Shown here in pieces: positions 63,111 through 64,000 of a stretch of DNA of 64,000 bases. Source of the DNA: Podarcis melisellensis (Eukaryota); assembly GCA_964234715.1 (NCBI GenBank), contig OZ174277.1. One strand, written 5' to 3'. The notes under the pieces were generated by a model, which saw nothing but the letters and a program-made list of their open reading frames with translations, was not told the origin of the DNA and made no database searches. Positions within the stretch are counted from its first letter, which is position 1. Each line of letters opens with the position of its first letter. The translations under genes and the position numbers were made by a program.

Positions 63111-64000
63111 CTGCAGCTCTTAACTCTGCAGCTCTAAACTGTGGGGAAAGTGCAGCATTGTGGGAAGGGCTAGTTCTTTAGTTCCTCCCTCAAACCATAA
63201 TTAATTTTTAACACCAATGGCAAATAGTCCTAGTAGATCTTGTTTACTTCCCAGAATAAACAACAACAGCAGCTAACACTCAATCCTACCTAACCCTAAC
63301 CTATGATCAGATATCCCAGTTTGCTAATCTTCACCCAACAAGAGCTGTGAGGGACCCAGGTCAGATTCTGGCCATAGTGGTAAGAAGAATTAATTTTTCA
63401 ATTGAATGGATTAAAGATAGGCACTAAGGCTGTGTATTTCCCCCTTCTACTTCATGATTAATAGTAGCTTGGAAGAGGGGTCATGAGGAAAGGGATACCT
63501 GAGGACTCTTCTGTGGCCCCGAGCGCTGCTTCTAAGGAAAGAAAAATATACTGGGGGATCCAACCACAGATTTTCCACTTCATGTACTAGGTCACCCTTT
63601 CCCAGCTTAACATGCCATGCAGCTCAGAATAAAGCCACATATGTCTTCCTGGATGTTTTACAAATCCAAAAGTGACAAACAAATACACACTGAGGTTCTA
63701 GTTGTTTGCAATGTTAGGCAGCTATTTATATTTCAGGGGAAGCAAGGTGAAATAGTTTTGCTGGAGATAGACAATAGATTTTAAGAGAGCAGAAAGTATA
63801 CGGTTGTGCATTCAGTTCAAATGAAGCACAAACCAAACTGAAATGGCCTGATCTGAAGTAACTTAGGTCACTCTGAAGCAGTTCAAACCAAGGAAGGAAA
63901 AATCTTATTGCTTCAGAACCACCCCAGAAGGGTGTTTTTACTTTTTTTCTGGCCACTTTGATACATATTTTGAAACCACTCACAAATATAAAGCACCAGG

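Noticed and set aside
7561-63983. Numerous 60-160-aa ORFs outside transposons
   Set aside because: No recognisable homology, many non-ATG starts and random-like composition; no host gene is called.

Overview
Vertebrate genomic DNA, almost certainly a squamate and probably a lacertid lizard (it carries BovB, a Sauria-SINE-type tail, and CR1, L2, L1, Penelope and Tigger-like repeats). It is repeat-rich, intergenic or intronic, has three N gaps, and contains no host protein-coding gene I can recognise. The dominant feature is an intact, apparently very young 6.5-kb Ty3/Gypsy LTR retrotransposon of the Tf1/sushi (PEG10-related) group at 108-6601 on the minus strand. It has 767-bp LTRs with no difference I could see, a CATAC target-site duplication, and is inserted into a Tigger-like MITE. 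Its control signals can be read from the sequence: a TATA box, a poly(A) signal, an 11-nt self-priming PBS complementary to the predicted mRNA 5' end with a U5-leader stem, and a GGGAAAC -1 frameshift site followed by an H-type pseudoknot. The most unusual part is Pol. It continues about 350 aa past a chromodomain that has lost its aromatic cage, reads through the PPT and all of U3 of the 3' LTR, and the extension starts with a helix-F-x8-FxGF motif resembling LEDGF/TFIIS-N-domain-binding motifs. This suggests a possible new integration-targeting module, which is a hypothesis only. The rest of the window is truncated or decayed transposons, several of them nested. It also holds Penelope hammerhead relics, locally templated inversions, two copies of a structured LTR-like (possibly DIRS/Ngaro) repeat, and a few weak regulatory or exon candidates.
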